From an uncultured delta proteobacterium (GTDB lineage Bacteria > Desulfobacterota > RBG-13-43-22), in the NCBI GenBank assembly GCA_963743305.1, contig CAVUPH010000006.1:160001-224000 (forward strand): DNA of 64,000 nucleotides, read 5' to 3'. Below the pieces are notes generated by a model. It saw nothing but the letters and a program-made list of their open reading frames with translations. It was not told where the DNA came from and did no database searches. Below are positions 16,842-25,618 of this stretch, piece by piece. Position 1 is the first letter of the stretch; each line of letters starts with the position of its first letter. The position numbers were made by a program, and so were the translations under genes.

Positions 16842-17040
16842 AGTCGCTCAATCACTTAAGAAAATGAATTACCCCAGCCGAAATTTTGGAAATTTTTAGC
16901 CGCAGACCAAGGCGGGGCAGGGTCGCGGCGACTTGCTCGGCTAAGAAAAATAGTCCGCCTTGGTCCGCGTGCGTCCGCGGCAAAAAAAGGTTCAATAAAG
17001 AGGGGGATTGACCGGCGGAAAGGGCGAAAGCCCGGGAGAT

Positions 17041-17454
17041 TTATCGGATCTTTAGTTGATCCAGAAAACGCTTTTCGTAAGGTCCGGTTTCCGACAATTG
17101 GATCCAAGAGTTATCCGGATTCAAGCCTTTGACCACAGCCTGGCAAGTGATCTTAGTCGTCAACGCCTCTCGGCATTTCATTTCCAGCCGGTACCGTTCC
17201 TCAACTCTTTTATAGCCATCACCCGGCAGGGGATCATTTTGTACCGGCCCGGTTTCAATAAGACCCTGCGCCGGATCTACTTTCAGTACGGGAATTCGCA
17301 ACCGTTTTAGTTCCTGCTGGACCTTATCTCCCACGCTGTCGCAGGGGATATCACTGACGATCAGGTTAAGACCCGACTCCTGCCGGACCTCCTGACAGGT
17401 CGCTGCCATGGAGACGAAGGAAGCCAAAACGACCAGAAGCAGGATCAGTCGCAT
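17041..17454 (-). CDS. Hypothetical exported protein or lipoprotein
   Basis: Hydrophobic N-terminus followed by Cys; co-oriented with its neighbours. Confidence 0.65.
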   Translation of the reverse strand: MRLILLLVVLASFVSMAATCQEVRQESGLNLIVSDIPCDSVGDKVQQELKRLRIPVLKVDPAQGLIETGPVQNDPLPGDGYKRVEERYRLEMKCREALTTKITCQAVVKGLNPDNSWIQLSETGPYEKRFLDQLKIR

Positions 17455-17482
17455 GGTTGAACCCCTCGCCGCCTATCCGTCA

Positions 17483-18142
17483 TCAGTAATCCACCCGGAC
17501 GTTCATTTGAGTCCCGTTCGCCTGATAACGACCACGGTCGGGCATCTTTCGCTGCAACGACAGGAAAGAATTGATATCCCAGCCGGGTTCATGGGAATAA
17601 AGGAGCCCCATGAAATTTCTTAGCGTACCGGTAATGCTCCCGTTCCCTCCATCGGGGTCCATCAGGGTCCCGTCCGCGGTATGCCCGAAAAAGCCCAAGG
17701 CATGGGCCGTTTCATGGGTCAGGGTATTATCCAAACCTCCCCGGCAAAATTGCTGGTTGGAATTGATGGAGACTTCCGCCCTGGAAATCCTCCCGGAGTT
17801 AAAATAGAACGTATTGGTAACACCACAAAAGCTGGTAGAACCGGCCAAAGAAAAGGAGATGCCGTCGGAAGGAGGGGAACCGACAAAAACGAAATTAACC
17901 GGTCCGGCCCAGCGGTTTACGGCTGATTCGGCACCGGGAATTCCCGCGGTATATACTTTTATCGTATTGGATTGCCAGCGAATCGTGTGGCCGTCCAATT
18001 GCTGGGCATTGTGGTCGAAAAGAAATTGGTAATCCGAGTTCGATCCTCCACCTCCGGAGTCGGAACTGCTTCCCGAACAGGACCACAGGGAAACCGACAG
18101 CAGGCCCAAGAGGATCAACTGGATGACTTTGAATGGTCTCAT
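17483..18142 (-). CDS. Zinc metallopeptidase lipoprotein (metzincin/matrixin-like)
   Basis: Lipobox LWSC, Ser/Gly linker, HETAHALGFFGH and Met-turn TLMDP. Confidence 0.8.
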   Translation of the reverse strand: MRPFKVIQLILLGLLSVSLWSCSGSSSDSGGGGSNSDYQFLFDHNAQQLDGHTIRWQSNTIKVYTAGIPGAESAVNRWAGPVNFVFVGSPPSDGISFSLAGSTSFCGVTNTFYFNSGRISRAEVSINSNQQFCRGGLDNTLTHETAHALGFFGHTADGTLMDPDGGNGSITGTLRNFMGLLYSHEPGWDINSFLSLQRKMPDRGRYQANGTQMNVRVDY

Positions 18143-18172
18143 CGTGAGGTTTCCATCCCGATATTAGAAAAT

Positions 18173-18250
18173 TGGGGTGAGTGAAGGGGCTCGAACCCTC
18201 GACCTCTGGGGCCACAACCCAGTGCTCTAACCAACTGAGCTACACTCACC
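18173..18250 (-). tRNA. tRNA-His (GUG)
   Basis: G-1 plus GTGAGTG acceptor stem, D arm AGCTCAGTTGGTTAGAGC, anticodon arm CTGGG-TTGTGGC-CCCAG, T loop GTTCGAG and encoded CCA. Confidence 0.97.
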
Positions 18251-18443
18251 ATAAGTCAAAAATAGAATATTTTACCAAAATCAATAGATTTGGCAAGGAG
18301 TTTTTTCACTTTTTCCCAACAAGCGGCATAAACTCTCCAGACCCTTTCTGCTTGACTTGCTTCAACTTTCTTTTTTATGTAGACTCATTCAGTTCGATCG
18401 TGCGATCCCTAAACCCCAACAGGCACAAAGGTCCAAAATCCAA

Positions 18444-20264
18444 ATGAAACCCTCAGACCTGCTCGAGCTTTTCAAGCGCCGCACCCGACACCCCCGACGT
18501 CCCCGTTCGGCGGATATTATCCGCGTCCTGTTTAATCACTTTAAATACTTTACTCCCGTCGGGGAATCGCTGGTTTGCGGGGAAGGTCGTTTTAACGGAA
18601 AACGGATCCTGGTCATCGGGCAGGAAAAGCCCAACTTCGAAAAACTGCGGAAATCGGAAAACATCGGGAAATTGAATTTGGGAATGCTCTCGGCGGATGA
18701 ACATTCCCAAATTTTAGGCATGTTGAACCAGGCCCGGTACATGGATGCCAACGATCTCTTCGTTCTTTGTTTGATCGACACCTACGGCGCCGATATCTCC
18801 ATGGCTTCGGCCCGTCGTTTTCAAGCCTACTTCATCAGTCACCTGATCCGGGAATTCCTGACCATACCTATCCGCACCATTTCAGTAGTCCTGGGAGAAG
18901 GCGGGAGCGGCGGCGCGCTGGCCCTGCAGATGACGGACCGCCGGGGTCAAATGGAGGACGCCCTATACGCTACCGCCCCGCCCGAATCCATGGCTTCCAT
19001 AATCTTTCGGGACGCCGGCCGTATCCAGGAAGCCCTGGAAATATCCAAACCGACGGCCAAGGATCTAAAACGGATAGGGGTCATCGACCAGATCCTTCCG
19101 GTGCCCGAGGAGGTTACCGACCTGGAGGGTTTTGCCGCCTCCATCGGCCGTTACCTTCAGAAATCGACTCAGGAGCTCTCCCGGATAAAAATCAATAAAC
19201 TGCTGGAGCAGCGGGAAAGAAGGGCCTTATCTTTCGGCCTTCCCAAGCATCAGGGCAAGGTCCATGAATTAAAAAAATTACTGGAACGCCCCTTTAAAAA
19301 GTTTTTTTATAAACTTCCCCCGGATATCCAGGTGGTCAATTTTGACGGCTTAACTCAGGTGAACGAACAGTATGCCGACTTACAGGCCCTGGAACCCCAA
19401 CAGGACTATATTCAATGCGGCCGGGAAAGAGGGCAAAATCCGCCCAGCGGCTGCGGGCAATTGATCAAACTGGAGGAATACCTGGAGAACCATCAGGTCT
19501 GCCCGCACTGCGGCCGGCGGACCGTCCTGGATGCCGGCGGCTGGATCCAGTGCCTGACGGATAAGGAGAGTTTTTTTGAGCTCAACCGGGACCTGGACGT
19601 CAGCCAATTACTGGAACCGGAGGACATGACCCCTTATTACCAGGATTTTTTGAATAAGCAGAAAAAACGGTCCCATTTTCTGGAATCCCTGGTGACGGGA
19701 GAGGCCACTCTTTACGGCCATTCGGTGATCCTGGCCATCTCGGATTTTTATTTCAGCGGCGGATCGATGGGGGTAGCCTTCGGGGAAAAATTCCGGCAGG
19801 CGGTAGATCGAGCCATCGAAAAAAAATATCCCTTCATCACTTTGTGCTGCTCTGGCGGCGCCCGACTCTATGAAGGAATCCTGGCTTTGATGCAGATGGT
19901 AAAGACCATCGCCTCCCTGCAACGGCTGAAACGGGAGGGCCTGCCCTTTATTTCCATCCTGGGCGATCCCTCCACCGGCGGCGCCATCGCCAGCTTTGCT
20001 TCCCTGGGAGACGTGATCATTGCCGAGCCCAATGCCCTGGTTATTTTCACCGGTCCCCGGGTTATGAAATCCAGAGGCTTCGAAGTGGACGAAAAATTGA
20101 TCCGCTCCGATTCCCTGTGCGCCCTTTCCGGTCTCATTTTTCAATACCCGAACTTTTTCTACGGCATTCGCGGGATCCACACCGTGACGGAAAGAAAAGA
20201 CTTGAAGCGGGAATTGGTTAAATATATCGAATTTTATTACCGGAACCTGCCCGCTGTTCGTTGA
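18444..20264 (+). CDS. Fused acyl-CoA carboxylase carboxyltransferase, AccA-like then AccD-like
   Basis: N-half has IGQEK, IDTYGA and GEGGSGGALA. C-half has a Cys zinc finger, GGSMG, SGGARLYEG, GGAIASFASLGD and FTGPRV. Confidence 0.85.
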   Translation: MKPSDLLELFKRRTRHPRRPRSADIIRVLFNHFKYFTPVGESLVCGEGRFNGKRILVIGQEKPNFEKLRKSENIGKLNLGMLSADEHSQILGMLNQARYMDANDLFVLCLIDTYGADISMASARRFQAYFISHLIREFLTIPIRTISVVLGEGGSGGALALQMTDRRGQMEDALYATAPPESMASIIFRDAGRIQEALEISKPTAKDLKRIGVIDQILPVPEEVTDLEGFAASIGRYLQKSTQELSRIKINKLLEQRERRALSFGLPKHQGKVHELKKLLERPFKKFFYKLPPDIQVVNFDGLTQVNEQYADLQALEPQQDYIQCGRERGQNPPSGCGQLIKLEEYLENHQVCPHCGRRTVLDAGGWIQCLTDKESFFELNRDLDVSQLLEPEDMTPYYQDFLNKQKKRSHFLESLVTGEATLYGHSVILAISDFYFSGGSMGVAFGEKFRQAVDRAIEKKYPFITLCCSGGARLYEGILALMQMVKTIASLQRLKREGLPFISILGDPSTGGAIASFASLGDVIIAEPNALVIFTGPRVMKSRGFEVDEKLIRSDSLCALSGLIFQYPNFFYGIRGIHTVTERKDLKRELVKYIEFYYRNLPAVR

Positions 20265-20277
20265 GTTGTAGATCCTG

Positions 20278-20925
20278 ATGCCTCCTCTGGACCCGAATGA
20301 CACTTCCCTCTACCGGGAAGTCGACAAAATTCCCCCGGAATACTGGGAGGAATTGAACCACCAATCCCCCGAGGACGTCTGCCGGCGGTCCTGGGTAACC
20401 CATGACCCCGATACCGGCTATGCCCTCCCCTTTTTGAACGATCGCCTGCTTTGCCGACCGGATACCCGCCGACTGCAGTGGGAGAAGGTTCCCGAAAGAA
20501 GTCCGAGTTTTCAGGAAGCGCTGGTTTCGCTGATCTACCTCCTCCGGACCCGGGAAATCCCGCTTTCGGGAATAAAGGTGAACGAGAAAGCGTTAAACGG
20601 CGGGCCTCTTTTTTTCCGCGGGCCCCATGCCCTTTCCAAAGAACCCTTGGAAAAAAAATTTGCCCGGGATCCGCGGGGATTTCTGCAGGCCGGACTTACC
20701 CTGGGGGGAATAGCCACTCATCAAGGGGATGGGGCATTTGAACTGCGCGCCCTCCCCCGAATTTCTTTGGAGTATATTCTTTATGCGGAAGACGACGAAT
20801 TCCCGGCCCAACTGATCATTACCTTTGACCGGACGATCGATCGCCATTTGCCGTTAGACGTAATCTGGGCCTTGGTCAACGTCACCACCCGAAGCATTCT
20901 GAAGGCCGGGGAAGGCGGACCATAA
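20278..20925 (+). CDS. DUF3786-like protein
   Basis: GGPLFFRGPH, ALPRI, DDEFPA and HLPLDVIW recalled as typical of the family. Confidence 0.7.
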   Translation: MPPLDPNDTSLYREVDKIPPEYWEELNHQSPEDVCRRSWVTHDPDTGYALPFLNDRLLCRPDTRRLQWEKVPERSPSFQEALVSLIYLLRTREIPLSGIKVNEKALNGGPLFFRGPHALSKEPLEKKFARDPRGFLQAGLTLGGIATHQGDGAFELRALPRISLEYILYAEDDEFPAQLIITFDRTIDRHLPLDVIWALVNVTTRSILKAGEGGP

Positions 20926-20969
20926 GCGCCAGATTTATTGCTCCGGATCGACTGTAGAAGGGTCATTGA

Positions 20970-21237
20970 AAAAGATGAACGTCGAACATCGAACGTCCAA
21001 CATCCAACATCGAATCTTGATGACCTCGCAAAAAGTCACCAGGGCAGTCATTGCGAGGAGTGAAGCGACGAAGCAATCCCCAATAATCAGCTACTGGCCA
21101 AGACGGAGATTGCTTCCCCGGATCAGGTCCGGGGTCGCTATTACGGTTTTTCCGATTTTTTGCAAAACCATCAATCTTTAATGGGATTTTATTTCTTGAT
21201 TCGATGTTGGACGTTCGATGTTCGATGTTCATCTTTT
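20970..21237. mobile_element. Nested repeats: heptamer-array element interrupted by a GATG...CATC MITE-like element with a palindromic core
   Basis: Outer ends AAAAGATGAAC / GTTCATCTTTT. Inner element 21019-21172 has imperfect terminal inverted repeats and is flanked by AATCTT on both sides. Confidence 0.7.
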
Positions 21238-21262
21238 AAAATGCACTAAAGGGCATATAAGA

Positions 21263-22159
21263 ATGAAACAATCCATGAACGATTACTCCCCTTTTCTAAT
21301 CGAACTCCCCCAACCGTTCCCTGGGCTGGAACGGTTTATCGGGGCCTGGGTTATACCCGGTCCACCAACTATCGTGGTGGACGTAGGCCCCAGATCCTCG
21401 ATCCAGGGGCTCATTCAGGATCTGAAAGCCCGAGGGCTGGAACAGATCGATTATGTGTTGCTCTCCCACATTCACATCGATCATGCCGGCGGCCTGGGGC
21501 CTTTCTTAGCTGAATTTCCCCTGGCCATGGCCGTCTGCCAGGCCCAAGGCCGGAAGCATTTGCTGGACCCCGGTAAATTGTGGGAAGGAAGTGTAAAAAC
21601 CCTGAAAGAGATGGCCTGGGCCTATGGGTCCATAGAGCCGGTCCCGGAAGAGCGCTTAATCGATCATCTGGATTTTTCCCTTCCGGGTTTGACCATCCTG
21701 GAAACGCCGGGACATGCGCCCCATCATTTGAGCTTCGTTTATCAGGAAAGGCTTTTCGCCGGTGAGGGGGCCGGGATCTATCTCCCTTTCCGAGACGGGC
21801 CTTATCTCCGACCCCCTACCCCACCCCGGTTCTTTTTTGATCAGGCTGTGGCCAGTGTCGACCAAATGCTGGCTTTAGCAGACCGGCCCATCTTTTTTGC
21901 TCATTTGGGCGCATTTCCCCATAGCCGGGAAATCCTGGGCGAATACCGGCAGCAGCTCTACCGCTGGCTGGATGCTACCCGGCAGGCCCTGGAATCCCAC
22001 CCCGACGATCCGCTGGAAGCGGCCGCCACAGCGCTGTTGGATCAGGACCCCTGTCTGAAAAATTTCCGATTGCTGGATGAAAAGGCCCAACAGCGGGAGC
22101 GCACCTTCATGCAAAACAGCCTGGCCGGCTTTGCGGGTTATTTGCGGGACCGGTCTTAG
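21263..22159 (+). CDS. Metallo-beta-lactamase fold hydrolase
   Basis: VDVGP, SHIHIDHAGG, TPGHAPHH and FAH. Confidence 0.9.
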   Translation: MKQSMNDYSPFLIELPQPFPGLERFIGAWVIPGPPTIVVDVGPRSSIQGLIQDLKARGLEQIDYVLLSHIHIDHAGGLGPFLAEFPLAMAVCQAQGRKHLLDPGKLWEGSVKTLKEMAWAYGSIEPVPEERLIDHLDFSLPGLTILETPGHAPHHLSFVYQERLFAGEGAGIYLPFRDGPYLRPPTPPRFFFDQAVASVDQMLALADRPIFFAHLGAFPHSREILGEYRQQLYRWLDATRQALESHPDDPLEAAATALLDQDPCLKNFRLLDEKAQQRERTFMQNSLAGFAGYLRDRS

Positions 22160-22250
22160 GTGCTTATTCCATTATTCTGAGAATTTGTCTTTAAATCTGT
22201 TCAGTGGTTTTTATTACAGCCAAAAATATTTCAAATCTTTTCGGCTGGTT
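22157..22250 (+). repeat. Intergenic repeat homologous to 33421-33506 (opposite strand)
   Basis: TAGGTGCTTATTCCATTATTCTGAGAATTTGTCTTTAA...AAAAATATTTCAAAT aligns with minus-strand TAGATTCTTACATCCATTGTTCTGAGAATCTGTCTCTAA...AAAAATATTTCAAAT. Confidence 0.7.
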
Positions 22251-22262
22251 TTGAGGTGGGCA

Positions 22263-23048
22263 ATGGATAAAGCAGGGATAAGGGAAACTGCCCGGCAATG
22301 GTTCAAAGACCTGGCTCCCGTTATCCTCGTCTTGTCTTTCTCCCTTGTTTTTCAGCTTTTTTGGGGGAACCCCCCTTCTACGGACGGCTGGAGGGTGGTC
22401 TACCGGGTAATTCTTCGATTTTTCCGCTATGCCGTTTTTCTCTGCCTCCCCCTCTACCTGGTAAAACCCATCTACAACTCGGTTCTTAAGAAGAAAAGTC
22501 TGATTTTAGTCCAGATCGAGCCCGCCGGGAGATTAACTATCAGCCGCCTTACGCATTGGCTTTTCCGGCCGTTTCAAGGTATCGGGATAGCCTTTATTTT
22601 TGCTACCAAGCTGTTGGCCGTCATCCAAATAATCTCCGGCCCTTCTCCGAACTCTTCTGTTCCCTTTACCCCCGGTCATTTTCAGACGGGTAGACTTCTG
22701 GTCGCTGCGGGTATCACCATAGTAATCTCCCTCCTGTTATCCACCCTCTGGACTTTTGACGATCTCGGGGTTCGGTACCATAACCGGAGGGATCAAGAGC
22801 TGAAGATGGTCGGGAAGTATATCGGGACTCTGATGCCGACAGTTTTCGGGCTTTATGGAATTTTCAGCCTCTACGCCCATTATCCCGGAGAAGGTGCCCT
22901 TATCCATGTCTTTCGAATTATCATCGCCTTGTATCCCCCGCTGGTATTCTTTGCCGTCATTCATACTTATTTTATCAGGAGCAGGCTCGAATATTTTTCC
23001 GGAAGGGTTCCCCTCATGAAAGGAGGGATTTGGCGGGGTCAAGAGTGA
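22263..23048 (+). CDS. Hypothetical integral membrane protein (about 6 TM helices)
   Basis: GAGGTG RBS before ATG 22263; multiple hydrophobic segments. Confidence 0.7.
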   Translation: MDKAGIRETARQWFKDLAPVILVLSFSLVFQLFWGNPPSTDGWRVVYRVILRFFRYAVFLCLPLYLVKPIYNSVLKKKSLILVQIEPAGRLTISRLTHWLFRPFQGIGIAFIFATKLLAVIQIISGPSPNSSVPFTPGHFQTGRLLVAAGITIVISLLLSTLWTFDDLGVRYHNRRDQELKMVGKYIGTLMPTVFGLYGIFSLYAHYPGEGALIHVFRIIIALYPPLVFFAVIHTYFIRSRLEYFSGRVPLMKGGIWRGQE

Positions 23049-23083
23049 GACGGTGAACCAAAAAAGGCCCGCCAAGGCGGGAG

Positions 23084-23160
23084 GAAAACCCTTTCGCCGA
23101 TACCCGACGGCCACGGAGGCCCAATTCCAGGTTAATCTACCCGGATTGTACCCGCCCATT
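23084..23160 (+). repeat. Partial copy of the 24.5/41.2 kb MITE-like element
   Basis: GGAAAACCCTTTCGCCGA...ACGGCCACGGA...CAGGTTAATCTACCC matches 24689-24748. Confidence 0.75.
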
Positions 23161-23232
23161 TACAAACCCAGGAAAGCCGATTAATATAGGAAAATAGCAT
23201 TCTATAGTTGCCTTACTAAAGGAGGTACTCTC

Positions 23233-23604
23233 ATGAGCGAGCAAAATAAAAAACTGGTTTTTGTGGTAACGGCTGCGGAAGAGAGCCCGGAAAAGGCCAC
23301 GATCCCCTTCGTCCTGGGGAACACCGCCTTGGCGATGGATTCCGAACCGATTATTATTCTTCAGATGACGGGCGTCTATTTGGGCATGAAGAATTACGCC
23401 CGCCACGTCCACGCGGCCGGTTTCCCGCCGTTGCAGGAACTGATCGATTTGTATCTGGAGGGCGGCGGGATCATCTATGTCTGCGAACCCTGCATCAAGG
23501 CCCGGCAAATCCTCCCCGAGGACCTGATACCCGCCGCTAAGATTGTAGCCGGCGCCACCCTGGTGGACGCCTTTTTAGAGGCTCAGAATGTAATGGTCTA
23601 TTAA
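23233..23604 (+). CDS. DsrE/DsrF-like family protein
   Basis: PEKATIPF, GVYL and YVCEPC. AAGGAGG RBS. Confidence 0.8.
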   Translation: MSEQNKKLVFVVTAAEESPEKATIPFVLGNTALAMDSEPIIILQMTGVYLGMKNYARHVHAAGFPPLQELIDLYLEGGGIIYVCEPCIKARQILPEDLIPAAKIVAGATLVDAFLEAQNVMVY

Positions 23605-23644
23605 TCCCCCTGCCCGCGACGGGCACCCCAAGCCTGAAAATATT

Positions 23645-24427
23645 TTATAATAAAAACTCCAGCACCGCCTGGTTGAAGCCCTTGGCCTGCTCTACGTTGG
23701 AGAGGTGGCGGGCGCCCGGCAAAATTACCAGCTTCGAATCAACCAGATGCTCTTGAATGGCCCGGGCGGCACTGACCGGCGTCCCCGAATCGTCCTCACC
23801 GACCACAATCAGCGTGGGGATTTTGATCTGCCCGAGTTTCTCCAAATAGTCCAGCTCCCTGATCGCCTGGCTGCAGCCTACGTAGCCGTTGATCGATGTT
23901 TTCAGGAATTGACAGCGTATTTTTTCCAGAATGGGCGGGCCTTGCCTGACAAAGTCCGGAGTAAACCACCGTTCGAGGGTCGGTTCCAGTAAGGGAGCCA
24001 ACCCCTCTTTCCGAACCAGTTCGATCCGTTCCTGCCAGATATCCCTGGAACCGGGTGGATTGGCGGCCGCTGTGTCACATAAGGTGAGGCTCACCAGTCT
24101 GTCCGGGTAATATAACCCCAGGGCCTGCCCGATCATCCCCCCCATGGACAATCCAACAAAATGGATCTTGGCCAGGCCCAGTTCGTCCAGAAGCCTGACC
24201 ACATCTTCGGCCAATAGCTCAAAGGTATACGGCCCGGCCACCGCCTCGCTCCCCCCGTGTCCGCGGGTATCATAGCGTAAGACCTGGAAATGAGACTCCA
24301 GCGCCGGCCGTTGCGGCTCCCACATAACCAAGCCGGACCCGAGGGAATGGCTGAGCACCACCACCGGCGCCCCTTCCTTACCGGTTACTTCATAATTCAA
24401 TAAAATTCCGTTGGCCTTGACCTGCAT
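23645..24427 (-). CDS. pcaD: 3-oxoadipate enol-lactonase-like alpha/beta hydrolase
   Basis: LSHSLG, RYDTRGHG, GLSMGG, ERWFT and ARHLSNVEQ. Confidence 0.8.
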   Translation of the reverse strand: MQVKANGILLNYEVTGKEGAPVVVLSHSLGSGLVMWEPQRPALESHFQVLRYDTRGHGGSEAVAGPYTFELLAEDVVRLLDELGLAKIHFVGLSMGGMIGQALGLYYPDRLVSLTLCDTAAANPPGSRDIWQERIELVRKEGLAPLLEPTLERWFTPDFVRQGPPILEKIRCQFLKTSINGYVGCSQAIRELDYLEKLGQIKIPTLIVVGEDDSGTPVSAARAIQEHLVDSKLVILPGARHLSNVEQAKGFNQAVLEFLL

Positions 24428-24459
24428 GGGCTTCCTTTCAATTTTTCCTTCACTTTATT

Positions 24460-24787
24460 AATTTTGACGCTTCGCCCTTTTAGGTGGGCATCCCCTAGAT
24501 CGGGTATGGCTGTGGGGTCTCGGCGAAAGGGTTTTCCAAAGGTGCTCCGGACTTCGAATTCGGGCCTAACTTACTAATTTTATTTAAAGCAGGCCCATAC
24601 TCCGAGTATTTTGATGTCTTCTCGGCTGGCCCTGCCTCCTGGAAAATTTGAAAGTAAGAGGGCCGGGTTAGAACCTAAAAAGCAATATGGAAAACCCTTT
24701 CGCCGAGACTCCACGGCCACGGAAGCCGGATTTCAGGTTAATCTACCCTATCTTGTAGCCACCCACCCAAAAGGGCGAACAACCTTA
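24460..24787. mobile_element. MITE-like element, copy A
   Basis: Ends TTCGCCCTTTT / AAAAGGGCGAA, internal inverted repeat TCTCGGCGAAAGGGTTTTCCA / TGGAAAACCCTTTCGCCGAGA; reverse-complement homologue at 41245-41596. Confidence 0.8.
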
Positions 24788-24798
24788 ATTTTTCCCGA

Positions 24799-25398
24799 TC
24801 AGTAATAATACGAAAATCCGATTAGATAAACCAGACTCTGAATGCCTCCATTGGGTTTCTTAATATCCGCGTTGGAAACATGGCGATATCGAAAGGAGGT
24901 GTTGACCACCCAATGACTTCCTAGAAAATAGAGGAGGCCGAGACCGCCTTGACTGTCGAAATTAAACTGGGTGGATTGGCTATCCGTAGACCAGGTCATG
25001 TAGTAAGGCCCGGTTCCCACTTCAATGAAAGGATAAAGCTTCTCAGTAAGCGGGAACCCATACTTGAGGAAGAAGGCCAAACCGAACTCCATAGTATCAT
25101 TAGGTTGGAGATTGTAACCGAAATGGGGCTCACACACCAACTCCAGCAAACCCTTGGGTTCCCATCCCAACTTCTTGCCCAAGGGTCTGAGGTCAAAACC
25201 AAAACGAACGCCTAAGGGGATAAACTCTAAGGTTTTTTGCCTTTCTAAATCCCCCTTCCCATATCCGGTAAAAAATCCAACTTCTTGAAGCCCTAAGCCC
25301 AAACCTCCCGCGGCTTCTTGGGGAAAAGCTCCGCCGGAGATAAAAAAAATCCCACCCAAAAACAGCAGCGTGGAGAGTTCTCGAATCGTTTTCCTCAT
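24799..25398 (-). CDS. PagL-like (acyloxyacyl hydrolase family) outer-membrane beta-barrel
   Basis: Signal peptide, QFNF, YRHVSNADIKKPNGG and an aromatic C-terminus. Confidence 0.8.
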   Translation of the reverse strand: MRKTIRELSTLLFLGGIFFISGGAFPQEAAGGLGLGLQEVGFFTGYGKGDLERQKTLEFIPLGVRFGFDLRPLGKKLGWEPKGLLELVCEPHFGYNLQPNDTMEFGLAFFLKYGFPLTEKLYPFIEVGTGPYYMTWSTDSQSTQFNFDSQGGLGLLYFLGSHWVVNTSFRYRHVSNADIKKPNGGIQSLVYLIGFSYYY

Positions 25399-25618
25399 AG
25401 TTCCTGCCCAAAATCTCCTTTTGGTATTTCATCAACCCATCTTCCCAAATCCCAAACAAGCCGACTCGGGACGTTCCGCCAAAACCTTCACGACCCTATT
25501 GAGAAAATCGTCAAGAAAGCGTTGGCTATCGACCTGGCCGAGGTGATCCCTTAAAACTCCCTCGGTTTCATCCTCCCTGAACGCCGCCAATGCACCGAAA
25601 CTGAGCCGGCCTCGCAGA

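Noticed and set aside
17041-18250. tRNA-His as the attachment site of an integrated island
   Set aside because: No integrase and no duplicated tRNA 3' end were found in the window.
24611-24805. Short ORFs within repeats (also 15923-16153, 20963-21232 and 56588-56845)
   Set aside because: They are translations of repeat DNA with no transposase or other protein motifs.
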